This document shows, in pieces, positions 1 through 10,583 of a stretch of 64,000 nt of DNA. The notes under the pieces were generated by a model. The model did not search any database, was not told where the DNA came from, and worked only from the letters and a program-made list of their open reading frames with translations. This DNA comes from Alphaproteobacteria bacterium (GTDB taxonomy: Bacteria > Pseudomonadota > Alphaproteobacteria > Bin95), in contig OZ224045.1 of the NCBI GenBank assembly GCA_963665325.3, forward strand, positions 384,001-448,000, written 5' to 3'. Every line of letters starts with the position of its first letter. Position 1 is the stretch's first letter. The position numbers and the translations under genes were made by a program.

Positions 1-1470
1 GACCAGCGTCAACAGGGTCTCTTCTCCGATAGCGTCCAGCCGTTCCTGCATGCCTTCCGCCCAACCGTTGCGCGATGCAAACGTCCTCAGGAACGCGCTT
101 ACCGGCCCGATAGCGGAACCGTCGAATGCGGTTTCCATCCGGCTCCGGCGCGGCTTGGCCGCTTCGAGACACAGCGTCAGGAAAATCGCGGCAGCGCCGC
201 CGGCCGTCATACCGTTCTGCAGCAGGCCGCCGGCGAAATCGGCGAAGAACCCGGGGAAGATCACGCCGTTCTGGAAGCCAACGCCGATCCAGAAGGATAC
301 GCCCACCACCAGTCCCTTGCGGTAGTCGAGGCCGTCCTGCACCACGATTCTCATGCCCACCACGAAGAGCATCGCAAGCAGCACGGTCGCATAAGCGGCG
401 ACGACCGGGCCCGGAACTGCAAGAACGATGGCGAGCGCCTTCGGCAGCAAAGCCAGGATGAGGAAAATTACGCCTACGGCAATGCCGACGCGCCGTGCAG
501 CCACACCGGTGAGTTCGGTGACCGATATGCTGGTCGAATAGGTGGTATTCGGAACTGTGCCGAAGATGCCGGAGAGCAGGTTGCCCAGGCCGTCCGCGGC
601 GACCGCGCCCTCGACCGCCCTGTAGTCCACGGCCCGGCGCTCGCGCCAGGAGACATGCTGGATTGCGATGGAGTCGCCGACCGTCTCGATGGCCCCGACC
701 AGGGTGACCAGGACGAACGCCGGCAACAGCGTCCAGAAGGCCGGCCCGAATTCGAGGTCAAAACCCGGCCATCCGCCTTCCGGAAACCCGACCCAGGCCG
801 CACTTGCGACACGTTCCAGATCGTAAATGCCGAAGGCGGCGCCCACTGCCGATCCCACCACCACCCCGATGACCGGCGCCCAGAGACGCCAGACCCCGGT
901 TGCGGCAAGCGCGATGGCCACGATCACCGCCATCGTGACGCCGGCCGACACGGGAGCTGCAAGCGGCGGCGCTCCCTCCGGCGCCTTGTCCAGCATGTCG
1001 AAGATAATCGGCATGACCGTGACCGCGATCAGCATGATGACGGTGCCGGCGACCGACGGCGTGAAAATGCGGCGAACCAGCGACAGGCGGGCCGCCAGCG
1101 CGAACTGGAAGAACGACGAAATAACGACCAGCGTGGCGAGCAACGCCGGCCCGCCTTGCGCCATAGCCCCGATGCACACGGCGATAAACGCGCCGGAAGT
1201 GCCCATCAGCAGGACGTAACCGGCGCCGATGCGACCGACACGCACCGCCTGAACGACGGTCGTGACGCCGCAGACCGCGACGGCCGCAAAGGCCGCCCAT
1301 GAGAGATAGGAGTCGCTCCCTCCGCCCGCCCGAATTACGATGGAAGGCGTAAGGACAATTCCGGCGATGGTGAGCATCGCCAGCTGCAGGCCGAGGCCGA
1401 ACGCCAACGGCGCCGGCGGTTTCTCGTCAGCCGCATACCGCACATGGCGGCCTGCTTCGCTCGGTTCCAT
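1..1470 (-). CDS. NCS2/NAT-family (xanthine/uracil-type) permease with a soluble C-terminal extension; runs off the left edge
   Basis: Absent from the ORF track because no stop lies in the window. Manual translation from ATG 1470 (GGAGGA RBS) gives MEPSEAGRHVRYAADEKPP...LGLQ, many hydrophobic helices and NLLSGIFGTVPNTTYSTSISVTELTGVAARRVG (NAT motif region). Start, motif region and C-terminal part read in one frame. Confidence 0.8.
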   Translation of the reverse strand, partial: MEPSEAGRHVRYAADEKPPAPLAFGLGLQLAMLTIAGIVLTPSIVIRAGGGSDSYLSWAAFAAVAVCGVTTVVQAVRVGRIGAGYVLLMGTSGAFIAVCIGAMAQGGPALLATLVVISSFFQFALAARLSLVRRIFTPSVAGTVIMLIAVTVMPIIFDMLDKAPEGAPPLAAPVSAGVTMAVIVAIALAATGVWRLWAPVIGVVVGSAVGAAFGIYDLERVASAAWVGFPEGGWPGFDLEFGPAFWTLLPAFVLVTLVGAIETVGDSIAIQHVSWRERRAVDYRAVEGAVAADGLGNLLSGIFGTVPNTTYSTSISVTELTGVAARRVGIAVGVIFLILALLPKALAIVLAVPGPVVAAYATVLLAMLFVVGMRIVVQDGLDYRKGLVVGVSFWIGVGFQNGVIFPGFFADFAGGLLQNGMTAGGAAAIFLTLCLEAAKPRRSRMETAFDGSAIGPVSAFLRTFASRNGWAEGMQERLDAIGEETLLTLV

Positions 1471-1495
1471 TCTTCCTCCGGCCGGGCCGGCCTCG

Positions 1496-2554
1496 TTAGA
1501 GTGCCTCGGCGATGGCGCGCCCGAGCTCTACCGTCGTGCCGTTGCCGCCCATGTCGGGAGTCAGCGGGCCGGCGCCGGTGAGGACCGTCTCGATGGCTCG
1601 CTCGATGGCCGCTGCTGCGTCACCGTGGCCCAGATGTTCCAGCATCATCGCCCCGGACCAGATCTGGCCGATGGGATTGGCGATGCCCCGGCCCGCGATA
1701 TCCGGAGCCGAGCCGTGTACCGGCTCGAACATGGAAGGCATATCGCCCGCGGGATTGATATTGGACGACGGGGCGATGCCGATGGACCCGGCTACGGCCG
1801 GCCCGAGGTCGGAAAGGATATCGCCGAACAGGTTCGAACCGACGACCACATCGAACCAGTCCGGGTGCTGGACGAAATGCGCCGTCAGGATGTCGATATG
1901 GTACTGGTCCGTGGCTACATCGGGATACCGGGCCGACATGGCCCGGAAGCGCTCGTCCCAGTAGGGCATGGTGTGGATGATGCCGTTGGACTTCGTCGCC
2001 GAGGTCACTTTCCTTCGCGGACGCGTCTCCGCGAGTTCGAAGGCGTAGCGCAGGATGCGGTCCACGCCGCGCCGGGTGAAGACCGTCTCCTGCACCGCCA
2101 TTTCAGCATCGGTGCCGGCGTAGAGCCGCCCCCCGATTTCCGAATATTCGCCCTCGCAATTCTCGCGGATGACGTAGAAGTCGATGTCTTCAGGCCCGCG
2201 GCCCGCCAGCGGCGAGCTTATCCCCTTCAGCAGGCGCACCGGGCGCAGATTCACATATTGGTCAAACCTGCGGCGGATCGGTATCAGCAGGCCCCAGAGC
2301 GAAACATGGTCCGGCACGGTGGGCCAGCCGACGGCGCCGAGAAAGATCGCATCGAACGCCTCCAGACGGTCCAGGCCGTCCTCAGGCATGAGACGCCCCG
2401 TTTCCGCATAACGCTCGCAGGACCAGTCGAAGGTTTCGAACTCGAAATCGATGCCGTAGCACCGACCGGCTGCCTCCAGGACCTGAACTCCTTCCGGCAC
2501 GACTTCCTTGCCGATGCCGTCTCCCGGAATGGATGCAATGCGGTAGCGGGGCAT
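1496..2554 (-). CDS. Tartrate/D-malate dehydrogenase (isocitrate/isopropylmalate dehydrogenase family)
   Basis: Motifs IPGDGIGKEV, VPDHVSLWGLLIPIRR, SATKSNGI, SNLFGDILSDL, FEPVHGSAPDIAG. Confidence 0.9.
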   Translation of the reverse strand: MPRYRIASIPGDGIGKEVVPEGVQVLEAAGRCYGIDFEFETFDWSCERYAETGRLMPEDGLDRLEAFDAIFLGAVGWPTVPDHVSLWGLLIPIRRRFDQYVNLRPVRLLKGISSPLAGRGPEDIDFYVIRENCEGEYSEIGGRLYAGTDAEMAVQETVFTRRGVDRILRYAFELAETRPRRKVTSATKSNGIIHTMPYWDERFRAMSARYPDVATDQYHIDILTAHFVQHPDWFDVVVGSNLFGDILSDLGPAVAGSIGIAPSSNINPAGDMPSMFEPVHGSAPDIAGRGIANPIGQIWSGAMMLEHLGHGDAAAAIERAIETVLTGAGPLTPDMGGNGTTVELGRAIAEAL

Positions 2555-2642
2555 GAGGCGTTCTTTCCTGATCGGGTCGCGCCGGTATCGATACGGCCCG
2601 CCGCATTGTCAACCCGCCCGCGCGGGTCTAAGACGCGCCCGC

Positions 2643-3371
2643 ATGAACGACAGCCCCGCCGAACAAGCACTTGCCACCTTCCGGCAACAGATCGACCGCT
2701 GCGACTCCGCGATTCTGGAGAGCCTGCGCCAGCGCGCGCGTGTGGTCGAGCTCGTCGGCATGGACAAGAGCGCCCGCGGTGTTGTGGATGTCTATCGCCC
2801 CGGACGCGAGGCCGCGTTAATGCGTCGGCTGGCAGCTACCGATAGTGCGCCCTTTCCGACGGCTTCATTGCTGAGTGTCTGGCGGGAGGTGATCGGGGCC
2901 AGTTTCACGATAGAGGGTCATCCGCTGAATGTCGTGAGCGGCAGCGCAAATGCCTGGGAACGCGCCCGGAACCACTTTCGCGCGGCCCGTCATTCCCGAG
3001 TTTCCGGCGCTCGCGCCGTTGTGTATGCCGTCGCCACCGGCGAGGCCACTGTCGGTGTGGCGTCTCTCGACGATGACGAACCCTGGTGGCCTCTGCTGGC
3101 CGAACTCGATCCCCCGCTCCACATTGTCGCGCGCCTCCCGTTCGCGCCCGGCCTTTACCCGGTAGGCGCGCCCGGCGCGCTCGTGATTGCGCGCAATCCG
3201 CCGGACCCGAGCGGCGACGACCTTGCCGTCGCTATCGCCGCAGAAGCCGCAGGCGAGGTCCTGACGGCCCGCGGTGACCGATTCCTGGTTGCCGCAAGGG
3301 AAATCGGCGCCGATATGATTCCCCTCGGCGGCTATGCTGTGCCGATCAATCTCAAGGAGACCGCAGGATGA
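2643..3371 (+). CDS. Chorismate mutase (alphaproteobacterial long form)
   Basis: [12 protein letters not shown]...[12 protein letters not shown]...WREVI; lies directly upstream of hisC-tyrC. Start moved to ATG 2643. Confidence 0.8.
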   Translation: MNDSPAEQALATFRQQIDRCDSAILESLRQRARVVELVGMDKSARGVVDVYRPGREAALMRRLAATDSAPFPTASLLSVWREVIGASFTIEGHPLNVVSGSANAWERARNHFRAARHSRVSGARAVVYAVATGEATVGVASLDDDEPWWPLLAELDPPLHIVARLPFAPGLYPVGAPGALVIARNPPDPSGDDLAVAIAAEAAGEVLTARGDRFLVAAREIGADMIPLGGYAVPINLKETAG

Positions 3372-4441
3372 CCGTGCCTGCCCCCCGTGCCGGCGTGCTG
3401 GAGATTGCGGCCTATGTCGGCGGCGAAAGCGGTATCGAAGGCGTCGATGATGTCGCCAAGCTGTCCTCAAACGAAAACGCGCTGGGCCCGTCGCCGCACG
3501 CAGTAGAGGCGTTCCGGCGCATTGCTTCGTCCCTGCACCTGTATCCGGACGGCGCCGCGGAGGAACTCCGCGCCGCCATCGGCGAAGTCCATGACCTGGA
3601 CCCTGAACGCATCGTGTGCGGTTCGGGTTCGGACGAGCTCTTGTCGCTGCTGGCCCATGCCTATGCGGGTCCAGGCGACGAGGTGATCTATCCGGAGCAC
3701 GGCTTCGCGATGTATCCGATTGCGACGCGCGCGGCGGGTGCTCATCCCGTGGTGGCGGCGGAACGCGAATTCACAGCCGATGTCGATGCAATCCTGGCGG
3801 CGGTGACGACGCGCACGAAGCTGGTCTTCGTCGCGAACCCGAACAACCCGACCGGGACCTATATTTCCGGCGACGAACTTGTCCGGCTGCGCGAGGGGCT
3901 GCCGCCCGGCGTGCTGCTGGTGGTGGACGCCGCCTACGCCGAATATGTCGGCCGCAACGACTATGCCGACGGGCGCGAACTGGTCGAGGCCGGCGGCAAC
4001 ACCGTCATGACGCGTACATTCTCCAAGATCTACGGGCTGGCGGCTCTCCGACTGGGCTGGGCCTATTGCCCGCCCAATGTCGTGGACGTGCTCCAGCGGG
4101 TACGCGGGCCGTTCAATGTCAATGCCGCAGCACAGGCTGCCGGCGTGGCGGCAATACGCGACGCCGGGCATGTCCGGTTCTCGCGCACGCACAACGACAA
4201 GTGGCTCCCCTGGCTCACGGACGAAGTCCGCGCTCTGGGGTTCGAGGTGTTACCGAGCGTCGGCAATTTCATCCTGATCCGTTTCCCGGACGTGGAAGCC
4301 GCCCTGGCCGCCTTGCAAGGCCACGGCGTGATCCCGCGCCGCGTCGCCGGCTACGGTTTCCCGGACGGCCTTCGCATCACCGTGGGGCGGGAACAGGACA
4401 ACCGCGCCGTCGTCGCTGCACTGCGGACGCTCGTGCGGTGA
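3368..4441 (+). CDS. hisC: Histidinol-phosphate aminotransferase
   Basis: KLSSNEN, NPNNPTG, DAAYAEY, and [15 protein letters not shown] with the PLP lysine. Confidence 0.95.
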   Translation: MTVPAPRAGVLEIAAYVGGESGIEGVDDVAKLSSNENALGPSPHAVEAFRRIASSLHLYPDGAAEELRAAIGEVHDLDPERIVCGSGSDELLSLLAHAYAGPGDEVIYPEHGFAMYPIATRAAGAHPVVAAEREFTADVDAILAAVTTRTKLVFVANPNNPTGTYISGDELVRLREGLPPGVLLVVDAAYAEYVGRNDYADGRELVEAGGNTVMTRTFSKIYGLAALRLGWAYCPPNVVDVLQRVRGPFNVNAAAQAAGVAAIRDAGHVRFSRTHNDKWLPWLTDEVRALGFEVLPSVGNFILIRFPDVEAALAALQGHGVIPRRVAGYGFPDGLRITVGREQDNRAVVAALRTLVR

Positions 4442-5322
4442 GCGAACCGATGTTCGAACGGGTGGCGCTGATCGGCATCGGCCTGATCGGTTCGTCCCTG
4501 GCCCGGGTGATGCAGCGGGAGCGTCTTGCCGGCAGCATCGTCGCCTGCGCCCGGCGTGCGGAAACCCTGGCCGCGGTGCAGGAGCTCGCGATTGCAGACG
4601 ACACGACCCACGACCCGGCCGAAGCCGCCGACGGGGCCGATCTCGTGGTCGTCTGCACGCCTATCGGCGCCTATGCCGCCATCGGCGAGGCCATTGCACC
4701 CCGGCTTCGAAACGGCGCCATTGTCAGCGATGTCGGGTCGGTGAAGCAGACCGTGGTCCGCGACCTCGGCCCCCACATCCCCGACGGCGCGCATTTCGTG
4801 CCGGCCCATCCCGTGGCCGGCACCGAGCATTCGGGGCCGGAAGCCGGTTTCGCGGAGCTCTTCGAAGGCCGCTGGTGCATTCTCACGCCACCGCCCGGCA
4901 CGGACCCGGAAGCCGTGGAGAAGATCGGCACCCTGTGGAAGAGAGCCGGCATGACGCTTGAAACCATGACTCCGGCCCACCACGACCATGTGCTGGCAAT
5001 CACCTCCCACTTGCCTCACCTGGTCGCATTCTCGATCGTGGGAACGGCCGCCGACCTGGAGCAGGACCTTCGCCAGGAAGTCATAAAGTTCGCGGCGAGC
5101 GGCTTCAGGGACTTCACCCGCATCGCGGCCAGCGACCCGACCATGTGGCGCGACATCTTTCTCAACAACCGCCACGCGCTGCTGGATGTGTGCGGCCGGC
5201 TGCTGGAGGACATTTCCCGCCTCCAGCGGGCCATCCGTTGGGGTGAGGGAGAGGAGATCGAGAGTCTGATCGAAGCCTCGCGCGAAATCAGGCGCAAGCT
5301 GATCGACGCGAACCAGGCGTGA
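4438..5322 (+). CDS. tyrC: Prephenate/arogenate (cyclohexadienyl) dehydrogenase
   Basis: GIGLIGSS Rossmann motif, [41 protein letters not shown] start overlaps the hisC stop. Confidence 0.92.
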   Translation: MSEPMFERVALIGIGLIGSSLARVMQRERLAGSIVACARRAETLAAVQELAIADDTTHDPAEAADGADLVVVCTPIGAYAAIGEAIAPRLRNGAIVSDVGSVKQTVVRDLGPHIPDGAHFVPAHPVAGTEHSGPEAGFAELFEGRWCILTPPPGTDPEAVEKIGTLWKRAGMTLETMTPAHHDHVLAITSHLPHLVAFSIVGTAADLEQDLRQEVIKFAASGFRDFTRIAASDPTMWRDIFLNNRHALLDVCGRLLEDISRLQRAIRWGEGEEIESLIEASREIRRKLIDANQA

Positions 5323-6095
5323 CGGCCATCGCCGAGCGCGCCTTCCGGGGCGAACTCGTCGTTCTTCGCCGGCTGGACGCGCTCGACGCGTTGCTCGACC
5401 GCGCACGCGAGACCGCATTCGACGCCTTTGCCGACCCGGTCCGGGACGAAGGGCGCCTCGATAGCGGACTGTGGCAGGAGAAGGCGAAGGCGGCTCGCCG
5501 GAATTTCATGCGCTCCGAGGCTGTGTCGGGCCTGCTTCGCTCGCTCTTCGCCGAGTTCGGCTTCGACCCGGAGACGACCTACCGCGACCGGGCGATCCTG
5601 CGCTTCCAGCCGGGGCGGGCGGCCTGCCGGACGCGACGCCTGCGCGACCTGCCGCCGCACCGCGACAGCTGGGGCTCCAACATCATGACCCAACTGAACT
5701 GGTGGGGGCCGGTGTTTCCCGTCGAGCCGGCCGCGACAATGGAGATATGGCCGGGCTACTTCGACCGCCCGATTCCCAACAGCAGCGGAGACTGGGACAT
5801 CGACGCCCTGCGCGCCGCCAAGGGCGACTATCCTCTGCTGCCGGAAGCGGCCCGACCGGAAGAGGAAGGCGAACCCGTGCTGATCGAGCCCGGGGAACTG
5901 CTCTGCTTCTCCGGGGCGCATCTCCATGCCAGTCGGCCCAACCGGACCGGGCGAACGCGCATCAGCATCGACCTGCGCACCGTCGATGTTTCGGACGGTT
6001 CCGGCGCGCCGAATGTGGACGGCCACGCACGCCATATTGGCTATGACTGGTTCCACCGCCTTTCGGACGGCGCCTGCCTCGCCTCGGCCAGATAG
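5319..6095 (+). CDS. Putative Fe(II)/2-oxoglutarate oxygenase (PhyH-like fold)
   Basis: HRD (HxD), distal HLHAS and TRISIDLR; coupled to tyrC by a GTGA overlap. Confidence 0.6.
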   Translation: MTAIAERAFRGELVVLRRLDALDALLDRARETAFDAFADPVRDEGRLDSGLWQEKAKAARRNFMRSEAVSGLLRSLFAEFGFDPETTYRDRAILRFQPGRAACRTRRLRDLPPHRDSWGSNIMTQLNWWGPVFPVEPAATMEIWPGYFDRPIPNSSGDWDIDALRAAKGDYPLLPEAARPEEEGEPVLIEPGELLCFSGAHLHASRPNRTGRTRISIDLRTVDVSDGSGAPNVDGHARHIGYDWFHRLSDGACLASAR

Positions 6096-6844
6096 GCCAC
6101 CGTCTCCGCAAATCCCCCGAACGGGAAGAAGTGCAGGCCTTCCACTGACGGAGGCGCATCCCGGAGCCCGGAAATCAGCGTCGCCGGAGTCCAGCGTCCG
6201 GCTATCCGCAGCAGGCGTCCATCGCGCCACAGTCCCCGGAGCGAGCGCCCGACGCCGCACATCTTCGCGTATTTCAGCAACGCGCCGGGGCTGGCCACGC
6301 CGGGCAGGCCCACCCGAACCGGAGCGGTATTGCCGAGACGCGCAATGCGCTCTTCCCATTCCAGCAAGGCTTCGGCTTCGAACACGAACTGCGTGACCAC
6401 CGCACCTTCGGCCCCGACGGCGCGCGCGCTTGCAATCTTCGCGAGCAGCGCGGCGTCGCGGTTCTCCTCCGGGTGACCGGCAAAATAGAGGCGCTCGAAC
6501 CGCTCCGCCGCCGGTCCGATCAGGTCGCCGGCCACTGAAAAGGGGCCGAGCGGTTCGCTGCGGTCTCCGCCGACCAACAGCGCTTCCCGCACGCCGACCG
6601 ACCGCAGGGCATCCAGATGTCCGTCCAGATCGGCCCCGCTCCTTATGTGGCGGCCGCCGATATGCGGGACCGGCGCCATGCCGGCGCCCGCCAGGCGCGC
6701 TGCCGTCCTGACGACGCCGTCGAGCGCGCCGTGCGGCAAATGCGTGACGAAAACACGCGTGCCCTGCGGCAGGAGCGCGGCGAAAAAGCCGACCTCGCGG
6801 GCGCCGCCCGGTGTCGTCTCTATGGAGAAACCGTCGATCTTCAT
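6041..6844 (-). CDS. metF: Methylenetetrahydrofolate reductase family protein
   Basis: SIETTP, PVPHIGGR, AGHPE, VTQFVFE, GLPGVAS, LHFFPFGG. Start at MKIDG. Confidence 0.75.
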   Translation of the reverse strand: MKIDGFSIETTPGGAREVGFFAALLPQGTRVFVTHLPHGALDGVVRTAARLAGAGMAPVPHIGGRHIRSGADLDGHLDALRSVGVREALLVGGDRSEPLGPFSVAGDLIGPAAERFERLYFAGHPEENRDAALLAKIASARAVGAEGAVVTQFVFEAEALLEWEERIARLGNTAPVRVGLPGVASPGALLKYAKMCGVGRSLRGLWRDGRLLRIAGRWTPATLISGLRDAPPSVEGLHFFPFGGFAETVAYLAEARQAPSERRWNQS

Positions 6845-6910
6845 GCCGGCGAGCGTCTCTTGCCGGGAGCGCAGCTTGCGGTCCGCGCACGACCAAGAGT
6901 TTCCCCTATG

Positions 6911-6923
6911 CGACAGCTTGTCG
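6911..6923. promoter_or_regulatory. Palindrome CGACA-GCT-TGTCG in the divergent metF/dehydrogenase promoter region; possible operator
   Basis: Short dyad in a 169-bp divergent intergenic region; the regulator is unknown. Confidence 0.3.
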
Positions 6924-7013
6924 TGAGAGGCATAGTCGATGTCGCGAATGGAACGCTTGCCGATGCGACCGTCAGGCAGGTTCCGGCAAGGAATGAGGGA
7001 AGGAGCCCAGTCC

Positions 7014-9449
7014 ATGCGCACTCATGCCCGGGCAGTGGTTGTCGGCGGCGGCTGCGTCGGCGTCTCGATCGCCTACCACCTCGCGAAGCTCGGCGGCTGG
7101 TCCGATACCGTATTGCTCGAGAAATCGGAACTGACGGCCGGCTCGACCTGGCACGCGGCCGGCCTGCTGCCGCTCTTCAACATGAGCTACAGCGTCGGCC
7201 AGATCCACAAATACTCGGTCGACCTCTACAAGACGCTCGAAGCCGAGACGGGCCAGGATGTGAGCTTCCACGTCACCGGCAATCTCAGGCTCGCGAACAC
7301 GCGCGACCGCATGGACGAGTACCGGAAATATTGCGGCACTGCGAATACCATCGGCGTGCCGTTCGAGATGATCGGCCCCGACGAGATCCGCACCCTCTGG
7401 CCGCTGGCGAATACGCAGGGCCTTGTAGGCGCCCTTTTCCATCCGCATGACGGCCATGTGGCCCCGGTCGATCTGACCAATGCGCTTGCGGCCGGCGCGC
7501 GCGCCGGCGGCGCGGAGATTCACCGGCACACAAAGGTCGTCGATATCCGCCCGGAGCCGGACGGATCCTGGCGGGTCGTAACCGACAAGGGCGAGATCGT
7601 CACCGAGCATGTCGTGACCGCAACCGGCGCCTGGTGCCGGCAGACGCTGGCCATGGTCGGGCTCGATGTGCCCGTCATTCCGGTGGAGCACCAATATATC
7701 GTCACCGACGCGCACCCCGCCCTGACGGCACGCCATGCCGAGGGCCTGCCCGAAATGCCGGTACTGCGCGAGAGCGACGCTTCCTACTACCTGCGGGAGG
7801 AGCGCGACGGGCTGATTCTCGGTCCCTACGAGGCCGGCGCGCCTGCCTGCTTCGTGGACGGGGTCCCGGACGACTTCGGCCAGGAGTTGTTCCCGGGCGA
7901 TCTGGACCGGCTCGAGCCCCACATCGAAGCGGCCATCGCTCGGGTGCCCATTTTCGGCGAGGCCGGCATCAAGGACGTCGTGAACGGGGCCATACCCTAC
8001 ACGCCCGACGGCAACCCGCTGATCGGCCCGGCCTACGGCCTGAGGAACTTCTGGCTGGCCGAGGGCTTCAGCTTCGGAGTCACCGCAGCGGGCGGCGCCG
8101 GGCGCTTCCTTGCGGAGTGGATGCAGGACGGCGAGCCGCCCATCGACATGCTCGCGGTGGACCCACGCCGCTTCGGCGCCTACGCCAACAAGAGCTACGC
8201 GGTGGAGAAGAACGAGGAGGCCTACCGCAACGTCTTCACCGTGCATTTCCCCGACGAGGAGCGGCCGGCGGCCCGGCCGGCGAAGACGAGCCCCGTTCAC
8301 AGCCGGCACGAGGCAGCCGGCGCCGTGTTCGGACAGCGCTACGGGTGGGAGCGGCCCAACTGGTTCGCGCCTGCCGGGACGCCTGCGCGCGACGAGTGGA
8401 GCTTCCGCCGCAGCAACTGGTTTGCTCCTGTCGGCGAGGAATGCCGGCGCGCGCGCGAGCGCGTCGGGCTGATCGACATTACGAGCTTTTCCAAGTTCCG
8501 GGTCGCAGGGCCGGGCTCGGAGGCGTTTCTGGACGGCCTGCTCGCGAACCGGATGCCGAAAAGGACGGGCGCGCTCCGGCTCGGCCATGCGCTGACCTCG
8601 ACCGGCGGCGTCCGCTCGGAATTCTCGATCATGCGCGACGGGCCGGAAGAGTTTTACCTTGTGTCCTCGGGTGCAGCCGAGCGCTTCGACCACGACTACC
8701 TGGCCAAGGCCCTGCCCGGCGACGGTTCGGTCAGTCTCGACAACATCACCGAACGCCACGGCGTGCTGGTACTGGTGGGTCCCCACTCCCGCGACGTGCT
8801 GCAGAAGCTGACCGATACCGACCTTTCCAACGAGGCCTTCCCCTGGCTGACCGGACGGCATATCCGGGTTGGCATGGCGCCGGTGCGCGCGCTCAGGGTC
8901 AATTTCGTGGGCGAGCTCGGATGGGAGCTACACCACCCGATCGAATACCAGACCGGACTCTACGATGCGCTCTTGGCCGCTGGTGCGGAATTCGGCATCG
9001 GCGGGGTAGGCATGCGGGCGATGGAGTCCCTCCGGGTCGAGAAGTCCTACCGCATGTGGGGCATGGACCTGACGACGGAATATTCCGCCTTCGAAGCGGG
9101 GCTCGACCGCTTCATCGCCCTGAACAAGCCGGACTTCATCGGTCGCGACGCGCTCATCCGGCAACGGGAGGAAGGCGTGCCGCAGGCCTTCGTGACGCTG
9201 GAGGTGGACGCGGACGACGCCGACCCATGGGGCAACGAGCCGCTCTATCTGGATGGTGAGATGGTCGGCCGGGCAACCTCGGGGGTCTACGGGCACGCGG
9301 TCGGCCGGAGCCTGGCATTGGCCTATGTGCGCCCCGAAGCAGCTGGGCTCGGCGTCGAACTCGCTATCGACATCCTCGGCAGCCGCCGGGCCGCCCGCGT
9401 GATCCCTGAGTCGCCGCACGACCCCGAAAACGAGCGGCTCAGAGCGTAG
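7014..9449 (+). CDS. Dimethylglycine/sarcosine dehydrogenase-like FAD oxidoreductase with GcvT domain
   Basis: VVGGGCVG, GSTWHAAG, YTPDGNP, GWERPNWF, NFVGELGWELH, SLRVEKSY. AAGGAG RBS precedes ATG 7014. Confidence 0.9.
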   Translation: MRTHARAVVVGGGCVGVSIAYHLAKLGGWSDTVLLEKSELTAGSTWHAAGLLPLFNMSYSVGQIHKYSVDLYKTLEAETGQDVSFHVTGNLRLANTRDRMDEYRKYCGTANTIGVPFEMIGPDEIRTLWPLANTQGLVGALFHPHDGHVAPVDLTNALAAGARAGGAEIHRHTKVVDIRPEPDGSWRVVTDKGEIVTEHVVTATGAWCRQTLAMVGLDVPVIPVEHQYIVTDAHPALTARHAEGLPEMPVLRESDASYYLREERDGLILGPYEAGAPACFVDGVPDDFGQELFPGDLDRLEPHIEAAIARVPIFGEAGIKDVVNGAIPYTPDGNPLIGPAYGLRNFWLAEGFSFGVTAAGGAGRFLAEWMQDGEPPIDMLAVDPRRFGAYANKSYAVEKNEEAYRNVFTVHFPDEERPAARPAKTSPVHSRHEAAGAVFGQRYGWERPNWFAPAGTPARDEWSFRRSNWFAPVGEECRRARERVGLIDITSFSKFRVAGPGSEAFLDGLLANRMPKRTGALRLGHALTSTGGVRSEFSIMRDGPEEFYLVSSGAAERFDHDYLAKALPGDGSVSLDNITERHGVLVLVGPHSRDVLQKLTDTDLSNEAFPWLTGRHIRVGMAPVRALRVNFVGELGWELHHPIEYQTGLYDALLAAGAEFGIGGVGMRAMESLRVEKSYRMWGMDLTTEYSAFEAGLDRFIALNKPDFIGRDALIRQREEGVPQAFVTLEVDADDADPWGNEPLYLDGEMVGRATSGVYGHAVGRSLALAYVRPEAAGLGVELAIDILGSRRAARVIPESPHDPENERLRA

Positions 9450-10536
9450 ATACGCCGTCGCCGAGGGAGATTCCGAGCGAGCGCGCCGTATGCACCAACG
9501 GGCCGTCCAGATCGACGGCGGCGTAGGTGCTGATCGCGTCTTCCAGCGGCACGTCGATAACAGTTCGGTTGCGCCACGCGACCAGCCGGTCGTGGCGCCC
9601 CTCGGCCAGAACATCCACAGCGTGAACGCCGAATGCGGAGGCGATGAGCCGGTCCTGCGCGATCGGCTTGCCGCCGCGCTGGATATGTCCGAGCACCGCG
9701 ACGCGCGTCTCCGCCCCGGTCAACTCTTCCAGCCGGGCCGCCACCCAATGTCCGATGCCCCCGTAACTCGCCGTCTCGCCGGCGGCCTGGCGCACCGCTT
9801 CGCCCGTCTCGGTGCGCACGGCTTCCGCGACCACCACCAGCGCGAAATTGCGTCCACGCGCCTTGAGCGCCCGGATCTTCGCGGCGACATGCGCGAGGTC
9901 CGCCGGGATCTCCGGGATCAGGATCGCATCCGCGCCGCCGGCAATGCCCGCCGACAGCGCGATGTGGCCGGCATCACGCCCCATCAATTCCAGCACCATC
10001 ACCCTGTCGTGGCTTGCCGCCGTGGGCTGGAGATGGTCGAGAGCTTCGGTAGCGGCCGCAACGGCGCTGGCATGGCCGACCGCCGTTTCGGTTGAACCAA
10101 CATCGTTGTCGATTGTCTTGGGAATACCGACCAGGCGGATGCCACCCTGCTGCGCCAGCCGGCGCAATATCGCGAAGCTCCCGTCGCCGCCGATGCCGAT
10201 CAGGGCATCCAGTCCGAGTTGCCGGTAGCCCTCGATGATCTCTTCGGACCGGTCGATCCTGGAACCGTCTGGCATGGGGTAGTCGAAGGCATCGCCCTTG
10301 TTGGTGGTGCCCAACACGGTTCCGCCGCGTCGGAGCAGTTCACCTGTAAAGAGACCCGGGTCCAGAACCTCGTATTGTAGGGGCCTGGACAACAGGCCCA
10401 GCGTGCCCTTCTGGATGCCGATCACCGTCCAGCCGCGGTTGCCGTTCGCGTGAAGCGTCACAGCCCGGACCGCAGCGTTCAACCCGGCGCAATCGCCGCC
10501 ACTGGTCAGGATTCCGATGCGCCGTATCTCGCTCAC
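9439..10536 (-). CDS. pfkA: 6-phosphofructokinase
   Basis: ILTSGGDCAGLN, GGTVLGT, GGDGS, PKTIDND, MGRDAG, LGHIQRGG. GTG start inferred. Confidence 0.92.
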   Translation of the reverse strand: MSEIRRIGILTSGGDCAGLNAAVRAVTLHANGNRGWTVIGIQKGTLGLLSRPLQYEVLDPGLFTGELLRRGGTVLGTTNKGDAFDYPMPDGSRIDRSEEIIEGYRQLGLDALIGIGGDGSFAILRRLAQQGGIRLVGIPKTIDNDVGSTETAVGHASAVAAATEALDHLQPTAASHDRVMVLELMGRDAGHIALSAGIAGGADAILIPEIPADLAHVAAKIRALKARGRNFALVVVAEAVRTETGEAVRQAAGETASYGGIGHWVAARLEELTGAETRVAVLGHIQRGGKPIAQDRLIASAFGVHAVDVLAEGRHDRLVAWRNRTVIDVPLEDAISTYAAVDLDGPLVHTARSLGISLGDGVSTL

Positions 10537-10583
10537 CGTTTGCGCCTCTGCTATAGTGGATAGAGAGACGGAGCATAGGTGGA

